The notes below the pieces were generated by a model. The model saw only the letters and a program-made list of their open reading frames with translations. It was not told the origin of the DNA and made no database searches. From contig NC_058382.1 of the NCBI RefSeq assembly GCF_018350175.1, positions 50,036,001 through 50,100,000 on the forward strand: a DNA stretch of 64,000 nt. Reading direction: 5' to 3'. The stretch is from Felis catus (taxonomy: Eukaryota). The translations under genes and the position numbers were made by a program. This document shows, in pieces, positions 12,682 to 24,689 of this stretch; positions within the stretch are counted from its first letter, which is position 1; each line of letters opens with the position of its first letter.

Positions 12682-15585
12682 TTACAGTCTTTGTTTTAAA
12701 GTCTGTTTTGTCCTGTATAAGTATTACTAAGCTGGCTTTCTTTTGACATCCATTAGCATGATAAATTTTCTCCATTCCTTCACTTTCAATCTGCAGGTAT
12801 CTTTAGGTCTAAAATGAATCTCTTATGGGCAGCATATAGATGGATCTTGTTTTTATTATTTTTTCTAATCTATTCTGCGCCCTGTATCTTTTCATTGGAG
12901 CATTTAGTCCATTTACATTCACAGTCATTATTGATAGATATGTGTTTATTGCCATTTTGTTACTTGTTTTGTGGTTGTTTTTGTAGTTTTTCTCTGATCC
13001 TTTCTTTTCTTTCATGGTTTTCTGGGTTTTTTTTTAGTGATATACTTGGGTTCCTTACTTTTTATTTTTTGCATATCTATTATTTTTTTCTATTTGCATA
13101 TTTGCCTATTTCTATTTGCATATCTATTATATCTATTATGTTTTTCTATTTGTGGCTACCATTTGGCTTATATATAGCATCTTCTGTATATAGCAGTCTA
13201 TATTAAACTCATGGTTGCTGAATTTTGAAGTCATTCTTTGCTCCTCTGCCCTCCACATTTCATATATTTGGTATCATCTTTTACATCCTTTAATTTTGTG
13301 CTTCTCTTGACTCATTTTTACAGATATACTTATTATTTGTTTCTTTTTACTTTTGTGTTTCATATTTTTCTTACTCTACTTACGGTTTTTGTTTTCCACT
13401 CACAGAGTCCCTCTTTACATTTCTTGTGGGACTGGTTTAGTGGTCGTGAATGCTTTTAACTTTTGTTTTGTCTGGGACATGCTTTATCTCTCCTTCTGTT
13501 CTGAATGATAACCTTGCTGGATAGAGTATTCTTCGCTGCAGATGGTTCCCTTTCAGCACTTTGGATACATGATGACACTCTCTTTTGGCTTGCAAAATTT
13601 CTGCTGAAAAATCAGCTGATAGCCTTATGTGGTTTCCCCTTGCATGTAACTATCTCCTCTAACAACCTTTAAAATTCTTCATCACTATTTACTATTTTAA
13701 TTACTATGTGTCTCAGTGTAGACCTCCTTGGGTTGAATTTGTTGGGAGATCTCTGTACCTCCTGAATCTACATATTTGTTTCTGTCCCCAGATTTGGAAA
13801 CTTTTTAGCTATTATTTCTTCAAACACATTTTTCGCCCTCTCCAACTCTTCTCTTTTCCTCTAATGTGAATGTTATTACACTTGATGGAGTCACTGAGTT
13901 CTCTAAGTCTGTTCTCATTCTGCAGTATCGGTCTCTCACCTGTGCAGCTTGATTAAACAATCATGACTCTACCCATGACTCTATCCTCCATCCTCTATCC
14001 TCTATCAACCATGACTCTATCCTCCAGGTCACTGATATGTTCCTCTGCTTCCTGTAACCTACTTATTCCACCTCGTGTGTTTGTAATTTCATTTACTGAG
14101 TTCTTCATTTGTGCTGTATTATTTTTGACCTCTCTGTTAAGGGTCTCACTGATGTTCTCTACCCTTTTCTGAAGTCTGGTGAGTGTCTTTATGACCATTA
14201 CTTTAAATTCTGTATCAGGTGTATTACTTATTTTCCTTTTACTTAGATCTCCTGCTGTGATTTTTGTCCTGTTCTTTCATCTGGGACATATTTCCCCATC
14301 TCCTCATTTTGTGCACCTCTCTGTGTCCGTTTCTGTGTGTCAGGAAACTCAGCTATGTCTTCTGCTCTTAAAGGTGGTGGCCTCGTGGAATCCTGTAGTG
14401 CTCTGCAGTGCAGTGTCCCCTATTCACCAGAACCTGGCACTACAGGGGAGTCTCCTATGTGTGTTGCTTGTGTCCTGCTGTTTAGTCAGAGCCACTTTTC
14501 CTTGCAGTCCAGACATCTGTACTAATTCTTTGTTGTGGCCTGTGCTTGCTTACTGTAGCGGTAGTGAGACCCATGCTCTGAGGGGTCATGATAGCAGAAG
14601 GGCTCGGGGGCGGGGCAGCGGCGTTGGCAAAATTTGCACTGAGCCACTGGTCCCAGACGGGATCCCCCTCAGCCCGCTAGCTGCCCCGGGCTCGGCACGT
14701 GGTGGTAGTGGTGGCAGCCGGGGTCATGTGGCATCTGTGCACACGACAGTTGGGCAGGGTACACGCATGGGGTTAACAAAATTTTGCATTGAGCCCAGGG
14801 CTGAGGCCAGCAGGCTTCGAGTGGGTGAGTTCTCAGGACAACTCGTGGGCAGCACGCCCTGCTAGCAGGTTAGGTAGCAAACGTCTGTGCCACGCGGCCT
14901 CCCATAGCATTATGCTGGGGGTTGGGGGAAGAAGATGGTAACTGCCAGCTTCTTTGTTCCCAGAGAAGTCCCCCACACGCTCTGAAATCAGTACAAGCTG
15001 ATCTCTCTCCCGTTGTGCAAACTGTGGCTTCTATGTTGCCCGCTTTCAGGCTGTTTTCTCTTTAAAGGCAGGACTCTGCTATCATTAGCTGTGTTCACCC
15101 TCCGGGCTTGCCCGGTGCTGAGTCAGCTGACTTTTAAAGGTCCAGGCTCTGAGTCTCCCTGGTTATACAAACTCACAGAATTCAGCCCTCTTTGGTTTTC
15201 AAGGCCAGATGTTATGGGGATTCATTTTCCCTGTGTGGCTCCCTGGTGCTTTCCCCCTCTCTGCGACCCAGCTCCTTCTCTCTTGCAGGCAGCTCCCAGC
15301 CACTCTTTCTATTTTTCCTAACCTCTACCATGTGGCTTCTTCTCTACATTTAGTAGTGGCATTCGTTCTGCCAGTCTTTGGGTGGCTCTCATTTACTCAG
15401 ATGTGAGTGAAACCTGATTGCAGACGTGGGATGAGGTGAGCTTAGGGTCCTCCTACTCTGCCATCTTGAACCCCCTCTTTGATGAAGATATTCTATTACA
15501 AAATTTTATCTTGTTCTCGGGTAATATAACTGCAATCTTAGAGTCGGCTGGAATACTAAGCTTATTTTTAGAACATAAAAAACCA

Positions 15586-15790
15586 GGGGCGCCTGGGTGG
15601 CTCAGTCAGGTGAGCGTCTGACTTCGGCTCAGGTCATGATCTCACCTTGAGTTTGAGCCCCATGTTGGGCTCTGTGCTGGAGCACAGCTCAGAGCCTGGA
15701 GCCTACTTTAGATTCTGTGTCTCCCTCTCTCTCTGCCCTTCCCCCCTCTCTCAAAAATAAATGAACATTGAAAAAAAATTTTTAAAAAGA
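15586..15790 (+). mobile_element. CanSINE
   Basis: Full head/body/tail; TSD TAAAAAACCA. Confidence 0.93.
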
Positions 15791-16056
15791 CTAAAAAACC
15801 ACATACCTATATTTACTATGACTTAAAAAAGAAATTTGTTCAACTGAATAATTTTCTGTAGAAATCATGGAAAAGAGCTTTTTAAAATGACTACTCAAAT
15901 AATTATTACCTGTTTTGAGCTTGTATAACCATAATGCTACTAGAGTATAAAGTGAAAAAAATTACGACAAAAGCAATAATCATTTATGTTTGCAGTAATC
16001 AAGCTAACAAAAATTTCACCGATGGAACAGATTGGTTTAGAAAGTAGCTGGTTTAA

Positions 16057-16178
16057 GGGCACCTGGATGGCTCAGTTGTTTAAGTGTCAGATGCTTGATA
16101 TTGGTTCAGGTCATGATCTGAGGGTCCTTGGATCAAGCCCTGTATCAGGCTCCTCTCTGAGCATGGAGCCTGCTTAAG

Positions 16179-16228
<50 letters not shown>

Positions 16229-16317
16229 CCCCTCTCCTTCTGTCTCTTTCCCCTGCTTGTGCATGCTCTTTCTCTGTCTAAAATTTTTTTAAAAAATTAA
16301 AAAAAAATTAAAAAAAG
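16057..16317 (+). mobile_element. CanSINE with long (CT)n
   Basis: Diverged head, long (CT)n, A tail; imperfect TSD AGAAA(G/C)TAGCTG. Confidence 0.9.
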
Positions 16318-16625
16318 AAACTAGCTGATTTAATATCAATCTTATTATTACTATTATTATAAAACGAGAGGATGCATTAAATACTAAATATGGCACATAC
16401 TGGGTGGAGGAAAATACTCCAAATGAGGCAAAATGACTCTTCTAATACCCTTGGGTCGTAATCTTAGGCAGGTGTAGTCTAGCTCAATGGAAGTGCATCC
16501 TAGCTTTTAGCTATCCGAGAACAATGTGGGCTCCCTTTTTGAGTTGGGTAACTCTGGTGTTTGGGAGTGTAAAACGACCATGGATGACTGCTAGGTTTGT
16601 TTTAGAATGGATTCATCCTTGTGGA

Positions 16626-16685
16626 ATGGAATGGGTTAGGTACCCATTCCATCTCCGGGTGAGATTGTTCACCCGGAGAACCTAA
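16626..16685. other. Nested inverted repeats (two adjacent 11-bp hairpins plus 6-bp loop-tail pairing)
   Basis: ATGGAATGGGT/ACCCATTCCAT; TCTCCGGGTGA/TCACCCGGAGA; TTAGGT/ACCTAA. Confidence 0.9.
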
Positions 16686-17162
16686 TATGTTTTCATCAAC
16701 GCCTGGGTGGTTATGCTGCTGATTTGTACAACACGAGCAAATAAAACTCAAGACACGTTCTATCTTGGTCTATTGCCAGTCTCTGTGTACTGTGAGCATG
16801 GCTGCTTTGTTACCATGAGTGTAACTTAGGGAGGGAACGGCTTAGAAGCTCTGCCTGTGGTATGGAGAGGCAAGATGTTAGAGCCAGGGCATTGACGGTG
16901 GCACAAGAATAGTCGTAAAACTCCTGATCACTCTTTCCTAGTCCTGATTAAACTGAATGTTGATGGGGTGATTAAGGTCCCTTCTCAACTTTTAGGACAT
17001 CTGCTGCCACCAAATGTTAGTGCCTCATAAGCATTATGTAGTAATAAAAGATGGGAAGCTTAAACTCTTCTTGTTGAATATCTGTGAAGAGCAAGTAAAT
17101 TTTATCTTTAAGTTTTGCGTGTCCTACCTCTAATACATCATTAAATGCTGTCTTGAAAAGAG

Positions 17163-17200
17163 TTTTTTTTTTAAGGTTTATTTATTTATTTATTTTGAGT

Positions 17201-17237
<37 letters not shown>

Positions 17238-17395
17238 AGAGTGGAGAAGGGACGGTGGGGGGGGCGGACAGAGGATCTCACCTGGGCTCTGCACTCACAG
17301 CAGCGAGCCCGATGTAGGGCTCAAACTCATGAACCATGAGATTGTGACCTGAGCTGAAGTTGGATGCTCAGTTGGCCGAGCCACCCAAGCGCCCC
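17163..17395 (-). mobile_element. CanSINE
   Basis: Minus-strand body with (GA)n, ends CAAGCGCCCC. Confidence 0.9.
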
Positions 17396-17549
17396 TTCAA
17401 AGCCCTTATTAGAAAACAATAGAGAGTCATTTGTCAATAGGTCAAGGTCAGTAAGTTTAGAAAGTTCTATCCTTTTTACCTCCTAAAGCCACTGATGGCA
17501 TTGTAGACCAATATGGTGGAGGGAGAGAGGATTTTGAAGCAAGATGGAT

Positions 17550-17665
17550 GTTGTTCAGACTCTGTCACTTGCTAAATGTGGGACCTTGCTGGAGTTAGTC
17601 TTTCCATGTGTCAGTGTCCTCACCTATAAAAGAAAGACACTAGAACATAGTTTATAGCGTTGTTA
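17550..17665 (+). mobile_element. MIR core fragment
   Basis: CTCTGTCACTTGCTAAATGTGGGACCTTG..CAGTGTCCTCACCTATAAAA matches MIR core pattern. Confidence 0.65.
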
Positions 17666-17770
17666 TACTTGACATACAGGCATTAGGAAGTAAGTGGTGT
17701 AGAATGTGGGATTTGTTGGAGGGATTTCGCTTCAGACAACTGAGAGATCTCATTAAAGGGTTTATGTACA

Positions 17771-17984
17771 GGGGCGCCTAGGTGGCTCAGTCGGTTGAGC
17801 GTCCGACTTCAGCTCAGGTCCTGATCTCGCGGTCTGTGAGTTCGAGCCCCGCGTGGGGCTCTGTGCTGACAGTTCAGAGCCTGGAGCCTGCTTTGGATTC
17901 TGTGTCTCCCTCTCTCTCTGCCCCTCCCCACTCATGCTCTGTCTCTCTCTCTCTGTCAAAAATAAATAAAAATTAAAAAAAAAA
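17771..17984 (+). mobile_element. CanSINE (felid)
   Basis: Full element; perfect TSD GTTTATGTACA. Confidence 0.95.
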
Positions 17985-18004
17985 GTTTATGTACAGTTTT
18001 TGTC

Positions 18005-18532
18005 TCTGTGTTGGGCACTGCAGCTTGGAGCCGGCAGGATTGGCAGTTAGGAAGAGGGACGGACTGGGAGCAGGGGAGAGTAAGCACAAACTGGGATGGC
18101 AAGGCCAGGCTGGAGCCTGCAAACAGGAAATGGAGCCCATAAGGGTCTCTCATGGCTTCTAAGTCTCCAACTTCAATGAGGTGGGTGACCCGGGGGACCA
18201 GTGGCAGCCATCCTCCCAGAGCAAAAGAGGCCCCCAGCCCCCAGTGGGAGAAAAGGAGAGAGGGCATCTGGAGGCATCTGGAGGGATTGTGGCCTGGTCG
18301 TGGCCTCACTCCAGGACCAGTCAGCAGATTAGTGGCCCTGCGTGGGCTGCAGCAGTCCTTGCAAGGGTGTGTGCGCCCTGCACCAGGCTTCGGGGGTGAA
18401 AGCCACGTGGTGGTTGTCTCCCTCCCATTTTCCAATTCTCATGTAAAATGTCTCTTGTGGTCTGTGTGAATCTGGAAGCATGCAGGAAAAGGGATTCTAG
18501 CATTCACACTTTCCATGAGCTAAACTGACATA
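18005..18532. mobile_element. Probable ancient ERVL/MaLR-type LTR remnant
   Basis: GC-rich block ending TCTCTTGTGG..GGAAAAGGGATTCT..GCTAAACTGACA, reminiscent of old MLT-type LTR ends. Confidence 0.35.
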
Positions 18533-18576
18533 GAACAAAGCCAGCCCGGTATCTACTGTTATTAAAAATTCCTTCC

Positions 18577-18772
18577 GGGGGTCTCTGGGTGGCTCAGTCG
18601 GTTAAGCATCTGGCTCTTGATTTCCTCTCAGGTCGTGATCTCACGGTCCTGAGATCGAGCCCTGTGTAGGGCTCAGTGCTGTACGTGGAGCCTGCTTGGG
18701 ATTCATTCTCTCCCCCCACCCCCCCCCACTTGCTCATGTGTGCTCTCTCTCTCTCAAATAAACTTAACAAAA
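18577..18772 (+). mobile_element. CanSINE
   Basis: Head/body/tail; imperfect TSD ATTAAAAATT..TTCC. Confidence 0.9.
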
Positions 18773-18910
18773 ATTAAAAATTATTTCCAGAAGTTCTGTT
18801 AATTGCCCAGCCTATTCTGATGCTTTGTATGCAGTTACCGTTTCAGTTGCTCTTGGGACTCGGAGCTCAACAGTGAAATTTTCTTCTTTTCAATAAGTTT
18901 ATCTCTGTAT

Positions 18911-19100
18911 CAGTGTTCTCAGCCAAGGTGATTTTCCTCCCAGGGGGCATTTGGGGCTGTCACAATGGGAGGGAGTGCTACTGGCATCTAGTGGGTATGG
19001 GTCAGGGGTGCTAAGTGTCCTATAATGCACTGAACAGGTCTCCCACAACAAAGAATTACTCAGCTCAAAATGTCAGTAGTGCTGAGATTGAGAAACCCTG
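18911..19100 (+). mobile_element. MER20 (hAT-Charlie non-autonomous DNA transposon)
   Basis: TIRs CAGTGTTCTCA / TGAGAAACCCTG; internal TGCTACTGGCATCTAGTGGGT and CACAACAAAGAATTA motifs. Confidence 0.85.
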
Positions 19101-19537
19101 GTGAACAGTTACCTTCTCACCTATCCCAATGGTTTTGGAGGAAGAAGTATTTCTTTCCTAAAGTCAGTTCCTTCACCTTTGCTTTTTGTTCTCATCGCCT
19201 CTAACCTTTCAAGAACCCCATTCAGCCTCCTCTCTATCCGTTTTACTGCACAGATTTAACCTATTAAAACAATCACATTTGCTCCCCCTTAGATCTTGCA
19301 AATTACCACGCACTTACTACCTCTTTCTTTAATTAGCAAACTCTAATTGAATGAGTCATGTTGGTTACTCATTTCCTCCATACCTCTAGCCGTCTGGCGC
19401 CTCTCAGCACAAGTTTTCTGTTTCAACTTAGTAATGAGCTTAATCTGGCCAAATTTGTGGATTTTTTAAAACAAAATTAATTCACTTTCCAGTCAATTTC
19501 TTTTCACTTTCTGTATATACTTGTCTTTAAATTCTCA

Positions 19538-19750
19538 GGGGCGCCTGAGTGGCTTAGTCGGTTAAGCGTCCGACTTCAGCTCAGGTCACGATCTCGCGGT
19601 CCGTGAGTTTGAGCCCCGCGTCGGGCTCTGGGCTGATGGCTCAGAGCCTGGAGCCTGCTTCCGGTTCTGTGTCTCCCTCTCTCTCTGCCCCTCCCCTGTT
19701 CATGCTCTGTCTCTCTCTGTCTCAAAAATAAAATAAACGTTAAAAATAAA
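19538..19750 (+). mobile_element. Young felid CanSINE
   Basis: CpG-rich; TSD TTTAAATTCTC. Confidence 0.95.
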
Positions 19751-19809
19751 TTTAAATTCTCTCCTAACCCACCCTCCACAGTCATCATGTCAAACTTTTG
19801 AACCCCTGG

Positions 19810-20445
19810 TTATATAACAAAACTTCTCTAGACAGTGTCTCCAAGGACTTGCATGTTGCTAAATCCCATGGACGCTTCTTAGCCCTTTTCTTACTCATCT
19901 GCTCGGCCAGGATTAGACACTTTTGATCACTCCTTCATTGAAACAGTTTCTTTACTTGGCTTAGCACAATCCTCTAGTTTTTCTCCTACCAACTCCTCCT
20001 CTTCTTGTAGACCTTTTAATTTTGAGGGCTCTTGTGACTCTGTTTTTGAACCTTTTCTATTTTGTATTTACGGTCCGGTTCTGATGATTTCCTCCAGTCA
20101 TATCCACTAGATGGTATTTCTATACTGATAACCCTAAATTTATAGCTGTCATTGGCTCTAGATGCTCATCTCTGGACTCCCATATTCAATTCAATTATCT
20201 TTCCAAATCTCTGCTCATGTTTTAAACAAATGGAAATATCAATCTATTACACTAAGAACTGAGCTCCTGGTACTTTCCTATAAACTTATCTCAGGAAATG
20301 TCAACTCCATCCTTCCAGTTATCCAAACCCAAAGTTTAGAAATAATCCCCAACTCTTCTCTCTCACAAAATATGTACAACCAGTCAGAAAATATGGTCAG
20401 TTCTGTCTCCAACATATACCCAGAATCCAACCACTTTTCAGGACC
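19810..20445 (+). mobile_element. L2 ORF2/3' fragment
   Basis: GTTGCTAAATCC..GACACTTTTGATCACTCCTTC..CTTGGCTT and AACTCCATCCTTCCAGTT..CAGAATCCAACCACTT, typical of L2. Confidence 0.7.
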
Positions 20446-20479
20446 TGTAGTGCTGGACCACTGCACATAATTTCTAGAC

Positions 20480-21209
20480 CAATGTGCTGTTCTTGTCACC
20501 TATGTTTCTCCAGTCCCCCAACTGTTGCACCTCTCTGCTCATGCTCAATCTCTTGAGCACTGGCAAAATGGTCTCCAGCCACACCTTGGCCTTCCCTCTC
20601 GAGCATGCTTTCATACCAATGAATCTCCTGATTTTAGCAACTTTTGCAATCCAGACAGTCTGGGAATTTCCCAAATTGTCAAATCCTGGTTCCTTTTTGC
20701 TTAATGATTCTTTCCTCGATTTACCTCTTTCCTCTAGCATTTTAGCATAAGCAGCAAAAAGAAACCAAGCTGCATTTTCGGTGCTTGGCTTGACTCACAA
20801 GTTCTTTTTCCCGTGCAACGTTAGGTTGCAGTTCAGTGAGGCAAGCTCTCTGCCACTCTGTTACAAGGATTGCCTTTCCATTTTCCAGCAGCACGTTTCT
20901 CATTTTCTTCTGAGCCCCTGAGCAGCACCTTGAGTGGTCATATTTCTTACAATGTTTTGTTTACGGCAATATATGTATTCTCTAAGATGATCCAGTCTTC
21001 CTCTATCGCGCTTCTCATTTCTTTCTGAGTGGTCACCAGCATTGCCTTTAATGTTTGTGTTTCAACCAACAGTCCATTTAGAGCAATCTAGGCTTTATTT
21101 ATCATGTGCCTCAAACTTCTTTCGGCCATTGTCTATTACCATTTCCAAAGCCTCTTCCACAGTTTTAGGTATTTGTTATAGCAGCACCCAACTTCCTGGT
21201 GCCAGAATC
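20480..21209 (-). mobile_element. MaLR internal sequence (MLT1-int)
   Basis: Junction TTTAGGTATTTGTTATAGCAGCACCC..CTTCCTGGTGCCA adjoining MLT1 LTR. Confidence 0.7.
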
Positions 21210-21525
21210 TGTATTAGTTTTCTGTGGCTGATATAACAAATTACCAAAAACGTGGTGGCTTAAAACTGCAGCACTTTTTCCGCTTGTAGTTCAGAGGTCA
21301 GAAGTCAGAAGTCAGTATCATTGGGTCAAAATCAAGGTGTCAGCAGGGCTGTGTCCACTTTGTGGCCCTAGGGGAGAATAATTTCCTTGTCTCTTCCGGC
21401 TTTAGGTGGACACCAGTATTCCTTGGCTTGTGGCATCACCCTAATCCTCAAACCTCTCTCTGCTCTATCTCTATATTGCCTTCTCCTCTCTGTGTGTAAA
21501 ATCTCTGTTTGCTTCCCTTTCCCAA
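21210..21525 (-). mobile_element. MLT1C/D-like LTR
   Basis: TGTATTAGTTTTCTGTGGCTG..AACAAATTACCA..GGTGGCTTAAAAC..AATCAAGGTGTCAGCAGGGC..TTCCTTGGCTTGTGGC. Confidence 0.8.
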
Positions 21526-21529
21526 TTTA

Positions 21530-21695
21530 TGAACACAGGTAATCTATGACACCCCCCAACCCAGTTCTAAAAAACTTTCCTGCCCATTTTTTTTCAGTGG
21601 AATTGAGTTCAGATTCGTCTTTCTTCCCTATTGCAACAGCCTTGAATAAAGTCTTCCCTGCCTGTTTAACTTTGTCCGGTGCAGTGATTTTGACA
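21530..21695 (+). mobile_element. ERV1 LTR 3' fragment (MER34-like)
   Basis: CCCTATTGCAACAGCCTTGAATAAAGTCTTCC..TTTAACTTTGTCC..TTTGACA terminus. Confidence 0.6.
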
Positions 21696-21777
21696 GTGGT
21701 TTCATACACTAACCATCACCCTTTAACCATCTCTATCATGACTGCAATATGAATGTAAACGTGATATTACTTTTAGT

Positions 21778-21966
21778 GGGGCCTGCGTGGTTCAGCTGGT
21801 TGAGAATCTGTCTCTTGGTTTTGGCTCAGGTCATGATCCCAGGATCGTGGGATTGAGTCCCATGTTGGGCTCTGAGCTGAGCTTGGATCCTGCTTAAGAT
21901 TCTCTCTGTCTCCCCCTGCCTCTCTCCCCCAACTCATGCTCTCTCTCTCTAAAATAAAAAAAAAAA
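21778..21966 (+). mobile_element. CanSINE
   Basis: Diverged body; TSD GTGATATTACTTTTAG. Confidence 0.92.
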
Positions 21967-23781
21967 ATTTTTAAGTGATATTACTTTTAGAAAAAATAAT
22001 TAAATAACTCTTTGTTTTCATTGACCCTAAATTATGACCTCCTTATGCTTAGAAAAGCATGAGAATACGACTCTCAATCTCTTCTTGCTGGATATGTCCT
22101 CTTTCCTCGTCTCATTTTCATAAAGCTCCTGATCTGTTGATCAGCATATTGATAATCATATCCCAGTTTTGCTTATTTTCCTCGCTTGAGGCTGTTAAAT
22201 GATAATTTTCAAAAAAGAGATAAAACTATATCTCCCGTGCTGATATAAAGTGAATAATTATTAAGGATATTATTTAACTGGTGAATCAGAGAGGGAATCA
22301 AGTAGGCATTTAACAGATTCAAAAGAAAATCCTTGCTTGTCCACACCTGACAAGGGAGGTCAGTTGACTCTCTATGGACAGGGAAGGCTTGCATTTCTAT
22401 AGATAAGAATTATTTTTCATTGCTATCAGCTATCTAGAATTTACAGAGATGGGGAATAGCTGCCGTAAGATCATAAATAGGTAACAGGGAGACATGTGCT
22501 AGATAGACAATGCATTGTTTCCCTTTGAAGCACTAATTTTTCCCTAAAGAGCCTTGATTCAATTTTTACTATTGACACAGAGTTGCAGGCTTAAAGTGCT
22601 AGAGAACTAGGGAAATTTCTTGAGGTTTGGATAACTGTTTTATTCATAATAAGAAAGGTTAGAGTATTTTCAAGAGAAGCAATCAGTGAGCCTGAGAAAG
22701 GATTTAGTGAAAGGACTGTTACATTAAAGGAGAATAAAGTTCAGAATCTCAGTATGGAAGGAGTTTTCGTGCTACTGACACGTAAGGATGGAGAAAATGT
22801 CAATTTGACCAGAGCTCATAAGATTTCTTATATTTGAAATGGAATTGGCCTGATGGATAACCCCTGAGCCCTTTGCACCTTTTGAGGTATGATTCTGCCT
22901 ACAGCCACCTAGGACCAAGATAACTGAGCCAGACAGCCCTGCGACGAATCCGCAAGAGCTTAGGCAGGAGCTGTGTTCAGAAGGGAAATTCAGTGGTCTG
23001 GTGGTCCATCATGACCCCACAAGTCCTCAATACCACGCGTCCATCAAGTGATTGTTGCCTTCAGTTTGGTTTGCCATGTCACATGGCATGAAGTTTTGCT
23101 AAATGTCCTCAGAATTTAGGGACGATGGGAACAATGTGCAAATTAACCATGGGTAATGTTCCTGCCCATACACAATTGCGGGTATTTAAAAACTTTAGAT
23201 GCGAATGAAACCCCATATTCCTTGTAAATAGTGTCAGTCTGCCTCCAAATAACATGTTGCCAAGATGGAATAATTTGCCGTAAGTGTCTGCACCAGCAAC
23301 AGTGGCTGGCACATATATAGATGCTATTCAGTAAGTGTGCGTGGTATTGACTGGAAGAGCATCCGAGAAGAGTTTCCATTTTTCTATGAAAAGGAAAACA
23401 TTTGGTGCTCATTTATTAGAAAAGAAGTTGTTGACTTCGAACAGGGTGGTGGTGCGGCATCGTGTTGCTGACAAACATACTAACTATGCCCTCATTTTCC
23501 TTAGTGTTCCTATATGTTAATGATATTTACATCCTCTCCTTATCACCAGGGAACCAAACACAGAATCCAGGAGCACATTGGCAGGAGAAATGTAAATAAA
23601 CATGCACGTTACGTGAAAAAAACCGAACCCTGGAGAAACCTTTTTGCCCATTAGAAGTGTAGGGTTACCTAGAAGCTCATAGTCTCCAAATGTGTTTGTA
23701 ATTACATGTATAACGTGTCTTGTTTGCTAAGTAATAGGCCTACTGAACTGCACAACCTGGAAATAAAATATACTGACCCCT

Positions 23782-24500
23782 TAGATTACAGAAACTCTTT
23801 ATTTAATGACTTCCCTGATGAGCCATGAACGTATCCAGGGCAGAGATTTGAAAGCTGACACTCCGTAGCACTTTCGAAACTTCCTTCCGTTCCTCTTCCT
23901 TCTTTGGGATGTTAGTAGTTTGCAAAAAGCTGAATAGGAGACAACACAATATGAACTACTACAAAAAACCCCTAACACCATACGAAATACTGAAAGAGAA
24001 TATTTTAAACATGCAAATGATTACTTATCTGAATTTTAACCAAAGTAGGTAAACAAGTCTTTCAGAAAATAGGAACTTGATGGGTACAGTTTGAAAGCCA
24101 GATTGGGAGATTATATATCACATTGCGCACATGGTCTTCTCTGGGTGATCTTTGGTTTTATTCTAAATAATTTATTGTAATTTACTTTAAAAAACTTACT
24201 TAAAATGACCTTTTATTTTTTATTTATTTTTTTAATTTTTTTTAACGTTTATTTATTTTTGAGACAGAGAGAGAGCATGAACAGGGGAGGGTCAGAGAGA
24301 AGGAGACACAGAATCTGAAACAGGCTCCAGGTTCTGAGCTGTCAGCACAGAGCCCAACGCGGGGCTCGAACTCACCGACTGCGAGATCATGACCTGAGCC
24401 GAAGTCGGCCGCTTAACCGACTGAGCCACCCAGGCGCCCCTATGACCTTTTATTTTTGTTAAATGAACGTTTACTATTTCTGTAATGAGGAACAAAAGTT
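23782..24500 (+). repeat. Donor copy of local duplication (interrupted by SINE)
   Basis: Near-identical to 28541-29018 once the SINE and one TSD are removed. Confidence 0.95.
24221..24440 (-). mobile_element. CanSINE (felid) inside duplication donor
   Basis: Perfect 16-bp TSD ATGACCTTTTATTTTT (24205-24220/24442-24457). Confidence 0.96.
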
Positions 24501-24689
24501 ACAAAAAGCCTTTGAAATCTGTGCTGTTCTATCACTTGCCATCTTGTTTTTACGATATAGTTATGTCTTGTATATATTCCATATATTTTGCATATGGCAT
24601 ATATGACTTTTTATAATTTTTGCTCTCCTGAATGATTTAAAAATATATTTGTACCCTTTTTTTCATTTAGTATATTTCTTTATTCTTAA

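Larger units (their letters stand above)
8597..15477 (-). mobile_element. Full-length but decayed carnivore LINE-1 (5'UTR, ORF1, ORF2, 3'UTR)
   Basis: 5' start GAGGGGGTTCAAGATGGC; ORF1 coiled-coil fragment (13995-14198); ORF2 start [55 protein letters not shown] fragments; frameshifted; TSD TTTGATGAAGAT (8585-8596/15478-15489). Confidence 0.96.

Noticed and set aside
9383..13015. L1 ORF2 fragments as an active retrotransposon
   Set aside because: Numerous frameshifts, stops and microsatellite insertions
14179..14865. 228-aa ORF antisense to the L1 5'UTR/ORF1 start (ORF0-like idea)
   Set aside because: Called from a GTG start in a GC-rich, stop-poor part of an old decayed L1; no recognisable protein; chance is sufficient
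23254..23336. ATG plus two GTAAGT donors
   Set aside because: GTAAGT hexamers occur by chance repeatedly in the window (e.g. 1916, 2182, 4775, 46907); no supporting acceptor, promoter or homology
23799..23981. Duplicated 60-63 aa ORF (also 28545-28736)
   Set aside because: Identity follows from the local duplication; no splice, homology or codon evidence
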